A stretch of DNA of 64,000 nt from Vulcanimicrobiota bacterium (GCA_963723515.1 CAVRQT010000003.1:352001-416000), one strand, 5' to 3'; shown: positions 20,983-31,352, numbered from the stretch's first letter. A program made the numbers and translations. The notes: generated from the letters alone by a model not told the origin.

Positions 20983-21372
20983 GTGAAGATCAAGCTGACC
21001 AGCGTGTTTGTTGACGATCAGGAAAACGCTCTGCGTTTCTACACCGAAGTACTGGGCTTTAATAAGAAGGCGGATTTCAGTCAAGGGCCGTTCCGCTGGC
21101 TTACCGTGGTCTCGACCGAAGAGCCGGAGGGCACGGAACTACAGCTCGCGCTCAACGACAACCCTGCGGCTAAAGCCTACCAGCAGGCCATGTTTGCACA
21201 GGGCCAACCCGCCGTCATGTTCTTTACCGATGACATCAAGGCCGACTACGAGCGCATCAAAGCGCGCGGTGCCGAGTTCACCATGCCGCCAACCGATGTG
21301 ACTGCGTCGACGATCGCCAAGCTGAACGACACCTGTGGCAACCTAATTCAGATCACGCAATTGAAATGGTAG
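20983..21372 (+). CDS. VOC/glyoxalase family protein
   Basis: DQENALRFYTEVLGF, DTCGNLIQI. Confidence 0.9.
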   Translation: MKIKLTSVFVDDQENALRFYTEVLGFNKKADFSQGPFRWLTVVSTEEPEGTELQLALNDNPAAKAYQQAMFAQGQPAVMFFTDDIKADYERIKARGAEFTMPPTDVTASTIAKLNDTCGNLIQITQLKW

Positions 21373-21377
21373 CTATT

Positions 21378-22340
21378 GCGCGTTCATCGGTCTGTCACGC
21401 TGAGTTTATCGAAGCGCCACGACAACGGTTGCCCTTCGACTAGCTCAGGGTGACAGCGACGTTATCGCCACTTCGCTGGTACCGCGTTCATTGATCTGTC
21501 ACACTGAGTTTATCGAAGCGCAATCGTAATCGCTTAGGAGGCGTTCATTGATCTGTCACGCTGAGTTTATCGAAACGCAACGATAACGGTTGCCCTTCGA
21601 CAAGCTCAGGGTGACAGTGGCGTTATGATCGCGTGCTTGGTGCGCGTTCATTGATCTGTCACGCTGAGTTTATCGAAACGCAACGATAACGGTTGCCCTT
21701 CGATGCTTCGGCGCTGCTCAGCACAGGCTGAGCTCAGGTGACAGTGGCGTTATGATCGCGTGCTTAGTGCGCGTTCATCGATCTGTCACGCTGAGTTTAT
21801 CGAAGCGCCACCGTAATCTCGCTTGGTGCGCGTTCATTGATCTGTCACGCTGAGTTTATCGAAGCGCCACCGTAATCTCCATTAGTGCGCGTTCATTGAT
21901 CTGTCACGCTGAGTTTATCGAAGCGCCACGATAAGGGTCGCCCTTCGATGCTTCGGCGCTGCTCAGCACAGGCTGAGCTCAGGGTGACAGTGGCGTTATG
22001 ATCGCGTGCTTAGTGCGCGTTCATTCATCGTGTCACACTAGTTTATCGAAGCGCCACCGTAATCTCCGTTAGTGCGCGTTCACCAATCTGTCACGCTGAG
22101 TTTATCGAAGCGCCACGATAAGGGTTGCCCTTCGATGCTTCGGCGCTGCTCAGCACAGGCTGAGCTCAGGGTGACAGTGGCGTTATGATCGCGTGCTTAG
22201 TGCGCGTTCATCGATCTGTCACGCTGAGTTTATCGAAGCGCCACGATAACGGTTGCCCTTCGATGCTTCGGCGCTGCTCAGCACAGGCTGAGCTCAGGGT
22301 GACAGTGGCGTTATGATTGCGTGATTAGTGCGCGTTCATC
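21378..22340. repeat. Tandem array of 10 REP-containing units (BIME-like)
   Basis: Units start GCGCGTTCATYGATCTGTCACGCTGAGTTTATCGAA; short (~58 bp), long (~100 bp) and nested (~128 bp) classes. Confidence 0.95.
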
Positions 22341-22744
22341 TGCGCGCACCCGATCACCGTAAAGTCGCCGATCCGGCCTAACTTCTTACCGTAAGGACCC
22401 ATCAACCACACTTGCCAGCGACTATCGTTGCCGGCGTTGCAAAGCTCTCGCGGGGCAATCGCGGTTCGTGTTCGTCCACTCCCCAGCAGCGGCGTTGTCG
22501 CCGGCTCGGGCAAGATGTTGGCAACAGGCGGCGGCTCGAAGCGCAGCGCGACGAGCCGTCCCGTACGTGAGGCGAAGATCGTCACCGTCAACGTCGTTTC
22601 GACCGAACCAAAGCAGGGCCCAACGCCTGCAATTGCATGCAGCCGCGGCGAACATGGCTTTAGGAGCGGGGCGCTTTTCGCATCAGCGGCCGCGACAACA
22701 ACGAGCGCCGCGCCTGCCGCCAAGCCGATCATCCACGTTTTCAT
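22325..22744 (-). CDS. Secreted hypothetical protein
   Basis: Signal peptide (..AADA-K), 4 Cys. Confidence 0.65.
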   Translation of the reverse strand: MKTWMIGLAAGAALVVVAAADAKSAPLLKPCSPRLHAIAGVGPCFGSVETTLTVTIFASRTGRLVALRFEPPPVANILPEPATTPLLGSGRTRTAIAPRELCNAGNDSRWQVWLMGPYGKKLGRIGDFTVIGCAQMNAH

Positions 22745-22771
22745 ATCAACCTCTGATTTCGATACGGAAAA

Positions 22772-23992
22772 TTACCGGCTCTCGTTGCGCACGACCGGTA
22801 TTGACGCGCCGACCAGAGCGATCGCGAGATACCCGAACGCCGAGATCGCCATGGCGACGTGCGCGCCTATGTGGTCTGCGACATACCCTAAAGCAACCAC
22901 GCTGGGCACCATGCCGGTGAGCACCACTAATCGTACCGCTCCCATTACACGGCCGACCATCTGTTCCGGCGTAATTCGCAAGCGCCAGCCGATAATTTGC
23001 GAGATCTCAAAGTTTGCGGCCATGTTGGCGAGCGCCCAGAAGATCGCCGCAACGTAGAGATTGCGCGCGAACAGAAACGGGATAAAGATCAGCGCATCAA
23101 AGAGCATGGCGAAAACCAATGCGCGACCAAACGGCCACCGATTGGCCATCTTTCCCGCAAACAACGAGCCGGAGATTGCACCGATCGCGCTAATCCCTAA
23201 GAAGAAGCCGACCTGATGGTCCGTGGCCCCAAACTGCCGCTTCAAATAGGGAATTAAGATCGCATAGCCGCCAAAACCAAAGGCATTCATCGCTAAACTC
23301 AGCAGCGACATCGTGCGCATCGGCGCATCGCGCATGAGAAACCGAAAGCCGGCCGCGATATCATCGAGCAGTTCACGGAACGACGGCGCGCCGTTGCGCT
23401 CGTCCGGTCCGAGCGTCGGGACGCGCGAAAGCGAGATCTGTGAAATACCGTAGGTGAACGCATTCAGCGTGAGCGCAGGCAGGGGTCCGAGCAATGAGAA
23501 AAGCGCGCCGCCGATCACCGGTGTCACAAGGTTGCTTGCGCCTTCCGCTGCGACGAGCGCGGAGATGGCTTCCGTCGTGCGCTCACGTCCGAGCAGGTAT
23601 GGAATGCTCGACGCCTGGCCGCCTAAGAAGAACGACGCGCTAATCGAGATGATGACTAAGCCGCCATAGACCATGGTCAGCGTCAACGTATGCGTCGCGT
23701 AGGTGATGGCAAATGTCGCCATCACCGCAAAGCGCACGAAGTCGCAGATGATCATCAGCTTGCGGCGATCCAGGCGATCCGCGAACGAACCGGCGATCGG
23801 GCCGAAAAGCGCAAAGGGCGCCACTTCCAGTACCAAACTGATGCCGGTCGACAAAGCGGAGCGCGTGAGGTAGTAGACAAGCAGCGGAACGGCGAGCAAA
23901 CGCAAACCGTCGCCCAAATAGCTGAACGCCTGGCCGATGTAATATTGTCGAAAGCTTCGCGACGCAAAGATGCTGTCGCCGGCGGTTACCAT
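22772..23992 (-). CDS. MFS transporter (EntS/MefA-like)
   Basis: GSFADRLDRRK motif A, about 12 TM. Confidence 0.9.
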   Translation of the reverse strand: MVTAGDSIFASRSFRQYYIGQAFSYLGDGLRLLAVPLLVYYLTRSALSTGISLVLEVAPFALFGPIAGSFADRLDRRKLMIICDFVRFAVMATFAITYATHTLTLTMVYGGLVIISISASFFLGGQASSIPYLLGRERTTEAISALVAAEGASNLVTPVIGGALFSLLGPLPALTLNAFTYGISQISLSRVPTLGPDERNGAPSFRELLDDIAAGFRFLMRDAPMRTMSLLSLAMNAFGFGGYAILIPYLKRQFGATDHQVGFFLGISAIGAISGSLFAGKMANRWPFGRALVFAMLFDALIFIPFLFARNLYVAAIFWALANMAANFEISQIIGWRLRITPEQMVGRVMGAVRLVVLTGMVPSVVALGYVADHIGAHVAMAISAFGYLAIALVGASIPVVRNESR

Positions 23993-24195
23993 CACGACCT
24001 CACCTAGAAGAAGTGAAAAAAACCGTTCTCCGACCCGCCATGTCGGATGCGCGAACGGCCGTACGCGTTTATACCGTACTCTAGAGGCTTGGGTCAACCC
24101 CCGGTGCCTAAAGAAACCGTAGGCCGTAATCTGGTTTAGCTATTTCCGACAGCAGAGGAGCCAGGAATTGAGCGCAAAGAGAGCAAGAGCTCCGG

Positions 24196-25209
24196 GTGCG
24201 CCGCACCGTCATGGCTATCGTTGCGCTTGCCGTGTGTTGCGTGTTACCCGCAGTGTCTCAGCCGAAGCTGACAACAACCGCGGCGCAACTCACGTTTGAC
24301 GGTGAATTCCTGTTGCCTACCCGCGACGGCAAACCGTACGGCATTGTTGCTGCTTCAAACGGCGATGTGTGGTTTACGGAGATCAAAGCCGGCAACATCG
24401 GTCGGTTACCTCGTGGAGGCGTTATCATCGAGTATCCACTGCCGAATCCCAAAAGTGCGCCAGCGAACATTGTCGAGGGTCCTGATCATGCTCTTTGGTT
24501 TACCGAAGTTGCAGCGGATAAGATCGGTCGCATCACGGACAGCGGAACGATCAGCGAGTATGCTCTCCCTTCGGGTAGCGCCCCTTACGCAATCGCGTTT
24601 ACAAGAAGCGGTGACCTGTGGTTTTCCGAAAAGGGTGCGATCGGACGACGGTCGCGAAACGGAACGATAACGAGCTTTCCGGCACCAAACATCAATGAGC
24701 CGTACGAAGTTGGCATCGCCGCCGGTGGTGATGGCAACCTGTGGTTTACTGAAGGCTCTGCAATTGGAAGAATGACACCACACGGAGCGATCAAGGAATT
24801 TCGTTTGCGCAATGGCGGGAGCATTCCGACGAAGATTGTCTTCTCGGAAAAAGGATCGCTCTGGTTTACGAGAGATTGGATCCCTTGCCTCACGCCTCTG
24901 TTCGAGGGTAAGGATGTGCATTGCGACGTACTAGATTTCGCCTTCGGAAGCATGTCGCTCGCGGGAGAAGCGCGGGAAGACTGGACGCGGCAGATATCTT
25001 CCATTGCCCCCGCGTCTGACGGTACCGTATGGGTCAGCGCGGGCAGCGCGGTCGGCTTTGTTCATACCGACGGGAGCATCGACTTCAACGATTTCAAGGA
25101 TGCCCAGGGTCATCAATTGTTGCCGTTGATTCGTTATTTGGCGGCCGGCAAGGGGCGCACATTATGGTTCACAGGGGAAGCGCCCCTTATCGGCAAGTTC
25201 ATTTACTAG
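24196..25209 (+). CDS. Secreted Vgb-lyase-like beta-propeller protein
   Basis: Repeated GPDxxLWFTE..IGRI units, signal peptide. Confidence 0.85.
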   Translation: MRRTVMAIVALAVCCVLPAVSQPKLTTTAAQLTFDGEFLLPTRDGKPYGIVAASNGDVWFTEIKAGNIGRLPRGGVIIEYPLPNPKSAPANIVEGPDHALWFTEVAADKIGRITDSGTISEYALPSGSAPYAIAFTRSGDLWFSEKGAIGRRSRNGTITSFPAPNINEPYEVGIAAGGDGNLWFTEGSAIGRMTPHGAIKEFRLRNGGSIPTKIVFSEKGSLWFTRDWIPCLTPLFEGKDVHCDVLDFAFGSMSLAGEAREDWTRQISSIAPASDGTVWVSAGSAVGFVHTDGSIDFNDFKDAQGHQLLPLIRYLAAGKGRTLWFTGEAPLIGKFIY

Positions 25210-25255
25210 GCGTCCTACCGTGATTGCAGCGCGATCTCGATTTGTTGTGCTGCCG

Positions 25256-25806
25256 TTAATGCCGCTTAGGGCGCAGTAGCGTAAGAGAGTTCATCATACG
25301 CGCAAGCTCAGCGCGTGGCGTCAGGTTGGGCCCGCAGGATTGTATGAAAAGCGCTCCGACATACTTCGAGGGATTCCCGCGAGGATAACCGAGCCAACTC
25401 GTGCCAAAGCACGTGCTGTGGTCTGGCTCGAGCAGAACGTCAATCGACCCTTTACCGACGAGGCGTGCGTTAAACGTTACAGGTAACGCCTTTGGGTCGG
25501 GACTTGCGACGTCGCCCTTGCCACCGTTCCCGGCGCTGAACAAAATATCCGAACGTCCGTTGCTATAGGTGATTTCATAGTCAGTGCCGCCGCCAGGGCC
25601 ACAGTTACGCGTGCAAGTATTATGTACAGACAGGCTTACGACTCGATACGCGGGCGGAAGCCACGATGGCACCAATAGCGGATAGTCTTTCAAACTCGAT
25701 AGCCGACGCCATTGCGTGGCGGTAAAGCCTGGCGGGATATCTGCGCATCAACGGCAGTCGAGTTAAGGATGAATGCCATCAAAAAGAAAAGCACCGAGCG
25801 TTTCAT
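25256..25806 (-). CDS. Secreted hypothetical protein, paralog of 25926-26465 (frameshift near 25700)
   Basis: MKRSVLFFLM start and KDYPxLVPSWLP...CxRNCG...SCGPN body shared with the neighbour. Confidence 0.7.
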
Positions 25807-25925
25807 CGACGGAAAGTTCTGTGCGCGACTGGCAGTGCCTGGTGATAGTGAGCGTTCTGACGGTGCCATTAACCTGCGAAGACGCGGCGCCAATCCGCCA
25901 AGGCCGCCGGTATTGTTAGTGGCGT

Positions 25926-26465
25926 CTAATGGTGCAGAAGACTAAGAGATGTCATCATACGCGCGAGCTCAGGGCGCGGAGTGTGATTGGGACCGCAGGA
26001 TCGTATCATAACCGCTCCAAATTGTGAGGGAAGCCGCCGAGGATAAGACATCCAACCTGAGCCGGAGCAAGTGCTAAGGTCTGGAAAGATCAGATTCTTG
26101 ATCGACCCTTTACCTAGGAAGCGTGAGCTAAACGGCGCGGGTAACGTTTTGGGATCGGGGCTCTCCACCTCGCCAATGCCACCGTTGGTGCCGCTTAACA
26201 GAATTTCTGAGCGTCCGTTGCTATAGATAATATCATAGTCAATCCCGCCGAACGCGCCACAGTTACGCGCGCAACCATTGTGCGCAGACAGTTTCGCGAC
26301 TCGATAGCCCTGCGGAAGCCATGAGGGCACCAGTACAGGATAGTCTTTCACACTCAACAACCGATGCCATTGCGCGACGGTAAACCCGGGCGGGAGGGTC
26401 TGCGCATTGACGGCAGTCGAGTTAAGGGCGAATCCCATTAAAAAGAAAAGCACCGAGCGTTTCAT
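25926..26465 (-). CDS. Secreted hypothetical protein
   Basis: Signal peptide; tandem paralog conserves its Cys residues. Confidence 0.75.
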   Translation of the reverse strand: MKRSVLFFLMGFALNSTAVNAQTLPPGFTVAQWHRLLSVKDYPVLVPSWLPQGYRVAKLSAHNGCARNCGAFGGIDYDIIYSNGRSEILLSGTNGGIGEVESPDPKTLPAPFSSRFLGKGSIKNLIFPDLSTCSGSGWMSYPRRLPSQFGAVMIRSCGPNHTPRPELARMMTSLSLLHH

Positions 26466-26663
26466 CGAGGGAGCGTTCTGTGCGCGACGTCAGCTGCCCC
26501 GCGACGGCCAGCGTTTTCTGATGGCGTCTCAGTACCGTTAAGCGTGTTGTAGCGGTGCAATCGCGTGCCACAGCAACAACAGCCGCGAAATGCTTGGCGT
26601 CTTATGGACGCCGATCGGACGGTTCATGGCGCCGGCTGGCCCACTTCCGCATTTACATAAGAT

Positions 26664-26695
26664 AAAGGAGCTCCGGCAAACGCCGGAGCTCCTTT
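26664..26695. terminator. Intrinsic terminator hairpin
   Basis: AAAGGAGCTCCGGC-AAAC-GCCGGAGCTCCTTT. Confidence 0.8.
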
Positions 26696-26715
26696 TTGTA
26701 CGCGTAGGTTTGTCG

Positions 26716-26955
26716 CTAAGGCTTGGTCGTGCCGGACAGATCAGGTATGTGAACGCCGGCTACTTTCTTCGAGGTTGACTTCGGGTGCCCGGTTTTTTGC
26801 GCGATCGGCCTGGCGTGCGACATATGGTGGCCAGCCACCAATTGCCGTTTGGCGCTAATCGGCGCATTCTTGTGATGAGTGTCCGCCGCCATGGCTGGCA
26901 TTACGGCCGTGAAGATCAGACCAAAGGCCGCCGCAGAGATAGAAAGCTTTCGCAT
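26716..26955 (-). CDS. Small secreted His/Lys-rich protein
   Basis: MRKLSISAAAFG..AMA signal peptide, GGGAG RBS. Confidence 0.6.
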   Translation of the reverse strand: MRKLSISAAAFGLIFTAVMPAMAADTHHKNAPISAKRQLVAGHHMSHARPIAQKTGHPKSTSKKVAGVHIPDLSGTTKP

Positions 26956-27001
26956 GTTAATTTCTCCCATTTTTGTACTTCGGTAATGTATGAGTTCGGG
27001 G

Positions 27002-27340
27002 TCAGTACGATAAGACAAGGTTGTAGGAGCAGAGATCTTCGTTCCACACGTGCTCGATGTGCGCGTCCGTATACACGGCAATGATGTCCCAGTAGCACGT
27101 GTCAAAGCTGCCCGGCGGAAAAGTGAGGGTGTCAACGGTCCCTGGTGGGATAGTGTAGTCGCCAAGAACATCTGGGCCTACATTGGAGTCTGAATGTCGT
27201 GATACATATAGATGATAGACCGTGCCATTTCCCTGATTGTATACCTTGAATGACCCCGCCAAGGCCGTCGAGCGCCCTATGACGAGGAGTCCCACTACCA
27301 ATGCTAGTGCGATACTCATGGATGCTAGTCGATGTTTCAT
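27002..27340 (-). CDS. Small secreted beta-rich protein
   Basis: GGAGG RBS, signal peptide, LYVS..GPDVLG..CYWDI..DLC. Confidence 0.75.
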   Translation of the reverse strand: MKHRLASMSIALALVVGLLVIGRSTALAGSFKVYNQGNGTVYHLYVSRHSDSNVGPDVLGDYTIPPGTVDTLTFPPGSFDTCYWDIIAVYTDAHIEHVWNEDLCSYNLVLSY

Positions 27341-27541
27341 GTCTTCCTCCTAAAGAAAGAACGGGTCTGGATTAGCGCCGACAAGGCCTGTGAGCGGAGC
27401 CCGTTACCTTGAAGCCCCCTCTTGCGTATCGGCTACCCGGCGAAGTGTTGTCGTTGCAACGCTCGCCGAATTCGTTTGTTCACTTGATGCTTCAACTAGT
27501 CGCTAATTAGTAGCGCATGGATGTCCTAGCAGGACGATCGG

Positions 27542-30166
27542 TTAGGTACACGCGCCGGCGCCTGCGTCGTTCAAGTGCGTCGCTTCAGTTTGAAGCGAGC
27601 CTTCGCTCTTTTCGGAGGCGGCAAGCGCTGCCGCCGACGAGAGGTCTGCGGTGAGCGTCCGATCTGATGCATTAACCTTTTGTATCGCCTCAAGGAAGGC
27701 ACGCGCTGCCGCGGCAGTCGACGCCTCCCGTGGATCCCTTATCCGGCCGATCGCCGTTTCCAGCGCATGTGTCGCCGACCGTTCGTGTTTGAGGTTTAGT
27801 CGGGCGAAGAGCACCAACGCCGCTACGCTGTAGAAGCGCGGAAGCGGCGCCATAAAGGGCCGCGTCTTTGGCTGGTGATATGCCATCGCAAGGGCCGTTG
27901 ATTTCACGCGACCGTGCGCGATTTGCCAACCTGCGTAGGCTTGCTCGAGTTCTCTGAGTGCCATCGAACAGCGCCTGCTAGTGCTCGAGTTGATGACATA
28001 CAGCGCAGGGGTGGTGACCAGCTTCCCGTCCGTTCTTACGATGTGCGGCAGCGACTGATTCAAAAATGGCATCGCCCAGGCCATCGATGTCGCGACGCTG
28101 TTTTGCGTTAGTGCCGCACCCTCTTCCTGGTCGCCCGTAATGACGCTTTTTACTATGCCATATACATCGCCGTTTCGAGCGTCGAAGAGTGGTCCGCCAC
28201 TGTTCCCGAAATCTGTCTCCGAATCGTATTGTATGAAGTCGTCGCCTAGCGCAATCTTACTGACGCTTCCGAGATGCATCACCGCATGAAGCCCTCCCGC
28301 GTACCTTGCGTCGTTGATGAACTTCACCGAGTCGCCTTTTTTCCACCGCGCGCCCCAGCCAGGAACGTCGGAGTACGGAAAACCGGCGATGGCGAGGGGC
28401 TGAGACTCGTGCGGGATCGCCGGCGCAATCACAACCTTCGGCACATTCGGCACATCTGTTTCGAGCATGACGAGATCTGGATTCGACAAATACCGGATCA
28501 CTCGTGCGTTGTGCTTCACGGTGAGATCATTTGCCATTACGCGAGTGTCCTTGGCAAGAATCAGTTGTCGCCTGTCGTTGGGGTCTGGCCTCGCGACGAC
28601 GTGATCGGCGGTCACGAAATAGGAATGCTTATCATCAGACCACACGCAGAACGCGGTTCCCCATCCGACGATAGAGCCATCAGGTTTGGCCGTGGTGATA
28701 AGAGCGAGACTCTTAAAAAGGACATCTGCGATCGCGTTCGGCTTTGCCGTTCGGCTCTCACAGCCGCTGAGTGCGGCATTTAACCGGTGCGCTGCTCCGC
28801 GCACGAAACCTTCGCTTTTTCTTGAAGCGTAGAGGGCTGCGGGCGATGACAGACGAGAGGCGAGTGTCTCGTCCGTTGCGTTGACCTTTCGCACGGCCTC
28901 GATGATCGCTCGCGTCGCCTCGGCAGTCGCGATGTCTTGGCGGCCGGCTATGCGGCGCGCCGCGCCTTCCATGTTACGAGTCGCCGAACTCTCATTCTTG
29001 ACGTCGTGGGCGGCGATGATCGAAAACTTCCGCGCGCTGTAAAAGCGCCGAAGTGAGCCCATAAGCGATCGCGCATATTGCTGATGGGTCGCCGTAGCAA
29101 AGGCCATTGACTTTACGCGACCATGCGCGTTAGCCCAGTTTGCGTATGCTTTAGCGAAGGGTCTAAGCGTTGCGGAACAACGCTTGCTGGTGCTTGAAAC
29201 TTGCAGCGCCGGCGTCGTGACGAGGCTCGGGTCTGTCTTTACAACGTGATGCAGCGCCTGGTTCAACAGCGGCGAAATCCAAACCATGGAGGTCGCAAAG
29301 CTGTCTTCAGTACCGGGGCCTTCCTGAGCGTGGCCGGTGTTGACCGCTTCGACTAAGCCATAAACATCGCCGGTGCGGGCGTCGAATAGCGGTCCCCCGC
29401 TGTTGCCGTGATCGGTCGGCGCGTCGTAGTGTATGTACTCGTCGCCGATGCCAAGCCCGTTTACCTCTCCGGTGTGGATCGACGCGGACAGATCGCCCGG
29501 GTAATTTCCGTTAAGCACGTACTTTAGCGCCTCTTGTTGATCCCATAGCTTGCCCCAGCGCGCGTCGGTGTAGGGGAAGCCGGCGATGGCGATCGGCTGG
29601 GGATCGACCGGGATGCTAAGGCCGACTGTTACTGCCGGCAAGCGTGGAACGTTTATCTTCAAAAGTGCCAGGTCGGGCTCGGGAAACCAGTGCGCTATGA
29701 CCTGTGCCGGATGTCTGACGGCAAGGTCCTTCCATCTCCAGGTCTCGGTGGCGCGGATCAATTGCACTGAGAGTTGAGGATCTGGACGGCCCTTAGGGTC
29801 AAGAAAAAAATCGCCCTTCTTGTTAGTGTCCATTTTATCGATGACATGGTCGTCGGTGACAAAATACGAATCCTTATCATCGGACCACACGCAGAAGCCG
29901 GTTCCCCATCCGTAGACGTTGCCTTCATGTGTCACAGTGATGATCAGCGCGAGGCTCGGACGAATCTTATCCTGATACAAAGTGTCGGTCGTGTTGGCTG
30001 GCATCCCGGTGCGGTCGCCGCAGGCGGAGAGCGCAAAAGATAAGGCTATGGCAACCAACCCGCCTCGAAGCATCATTCGGGTATACCACGTAAGCTTTTT
30101 GATGCTCCGTGCAACCCAGGGCGAATTCGTTCTGCGCGCCGCAGCCACTCGCGGTGCTTCAGTCAT
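27542..30166 (-). CDS. Lipoprotein with two tandem trypsin-like serine protease domains
   Basis: LSAC lipobox; two copies of GWGTxF..VTxDHV..DL..GNSGGPLF, each followed by a helical domain. Confidence 0.85.
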   Translation of the reverse strand: MTEAPRVAAARRTNSPWVARSIKKLTWYTRMMLRGGLVAIALSFALSACGDRTGMPANTTDTLYQDKIRPSLALIITVTHEGNVYGWGTGFCVWSDDKDSYFVTDDHVIDKMDTNKKGDFFLDPKGRPDPQLSVQLIRATETWRWKDLAVRHPAQVIAHWFPEPDLALLKINVPRLPAVTVGLSIPVDPQPIAIAGFPYTDARWGKLWDQQEALKYVLNGNYPGDLSASIHTGEVNGLGIGDEYIHYDAPTDHGNSGGPLFDARTGDVYGLVEAVNTGHAQEGPGTEDSFATSMVWISPLLNQALHHVVKTDPSLVTTPALQVSSTSKRCSATLRPFAKAYANWANAHGRVKSMAFATATHQQYARSLMGSLRRFYSARKFSIIAAHDVKNESSATRNMEGAARRIAGRQDIATAEATRAIIEAVRKVNATDETLASRLSSPAALYASRKSEGFVRGAAHRLNAALSGCESRTAKPNAIADVLFKSLALITTAKPDGSIVGWGTAFCVWSDDKHSYFVTADHVVARPDPNDRRQLILAKDTRVMANDLTVKHNARVIRYLSNPDLVMLETDVPNVPKVVIAPAIPHESQPLAIAGFPYSDVPGWGARWKKGDSVKFINDARYAGGLHAVMHLGSVSKIALGDDFIQYDSETDFGNSGGPLFDARNGDVYGIVKSVITGDQEEGAALTQNSVATSMAWAMPFLNQSLPHIVRTDGKLVTTPALYVINSSTSRRCSMALRELEQAYAGWQIAHGRVKSTALAMAYHQPKTRPFMAPLPRFYSVAALVLFARLNLKHERSATHALETAIGRIRDPREASTAAAARAFLEAIQKVNASDRTLTADLSSAAALAASEKSEGSLQTEATHLNDAGAGACT

Positions 30167-30491
30167 TTCCTCCGGCGGGATGCTTCAGAGGCGCGTGAAG
30201 CGGCCCATTTGGGAACGCATTCGCGGCATATGCGGACGGTTGTGTAGCGCCCATGAATGCAACGGCTACCGCCGAGAATAGCAAAAAGGCTAGTGGTCTA
30301 ACCAATGAGTAATTTGCCTCGCGGATAACACATCGGAGTGCGTGGGGCTCCCTTCACATTGGACTTGAATGGTCCTGCAATTGTCCTGCAGAGGGCATCC
30401 ATTCACGCCGTCCGCGTGGCGTCAGGCTCCGCAGTCGCCAAAGTCAGCAGCGGAGCACTTTCAAGGACGGCTAAACGCGAGCAGTCATCCT

Positions 30492-31307
30492 TTACATTAA
30501 CGGCGTTGCGTGGCTTATATCGTCGTGGTAGAGACCAAATGTCTTCCGATGCCATGCGAAGTGCCGTTCGAGCGCCTTTATGCGCGCAACGTATGTCGGG
30601 TGGTCCGAGAGCCACCGAGATTCAGCGGCTGTGCGTGCGTTCGCGTTGAATTTTCTGAAAAGCCAGACGAAGCCCCAAGGGTTGAATCCCGCTGCTGCAC
30701 AGATGTCTGAGCCTCGTAGATCCGCGCGCTCCTCGTCACCCCGCGTGTAATGCGAGAGAATAAGTGCGTCACCCGTCGCGGTCGCGTTATCGATCGCAGC
30801 GTCGAGACGTCCTCGAAACGCACGCTTCAGCCGTGTCCCGGACCAGTCTTCAAAGGAACCCAAGCGGTTAACCCGCGCAACGGCTGCGATCCCGTCATGA
30901 TGGATCGCGTGCGACATTTCATGGCAGAGTACGGCCGCGAACTCGTCGGCGTTATTGGCAACGAATTTGAGCAGCCCTCGATCAACATAGACTCGTGATG
31001 CAAAAGCCACGAAGGCGTTTGGCACGTCGGAATCCACGACATAAAACGTAAACGGAGCATGGTAGATCGACGATGCCACGAGGGAGATCCGCGCGCCGAT
31101 ACGATTTACAACGCGCTGCTCGGTCGCGTTGTGAACGATCTTGTGCTGGCGCTCCATATTCGCGTAGTAATGATCGTCGAGCGCAATCTCATCGGGCGTG
31201 GGAGCAGCAAAGGCGACACGTGTCAGAAAGAGCGTGTAAAACGTAAGGCCGATCAGGGAACGAACGATCATTCTACATTGTCGTGCTGATTCCAAGAATG
31301 GATTCAA
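30492..31307 (-). CDS. M48 family Zn metalloprotease
   Basis: PNAF, HEMSH, EERAD, SDHP. Confidence 0.9.
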   Translation of the reverse strand: MNPFLESARQCRMIVRSLIGLTFYTLFLTRVAFAAPTPDEIALDDHYYANMERQHKIVHNATEQRVVNRIGARISLVASSIYHAPFTFYVVDSDVPNAFVAFASRVYVDRGLLKFVANNADEFAAVLCHEMSHAIHHDGIAAVARVNRLGSFEDWSGTRLKRAFRGRLDAAIDNATATGDALILSHYTRGDEERADLRGSDICAAAGFNPWGFVWLFRKFNANARTAAESRWLSDHPTYVARIKALERHFAWHRKTFGLYHDDISHATPLM

Positions 31308-31352
31308 AGGGGGAGCCCGGTTTCAGCCGCCCTGTCTCGATGTCGTAGCCTC

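Noticed and set aside
21378..22340. CRISPR array
   Set aside because: Inter-repeat segments recur and fall into length classes, the repeat belongs to the dispersed REP family, and there are no cas genes in the window.
24196..25209. Streptogramin resistance gene vgb
   Set aside because: Signal peptide and generic propeller repeats indicate a fold-level relative only.
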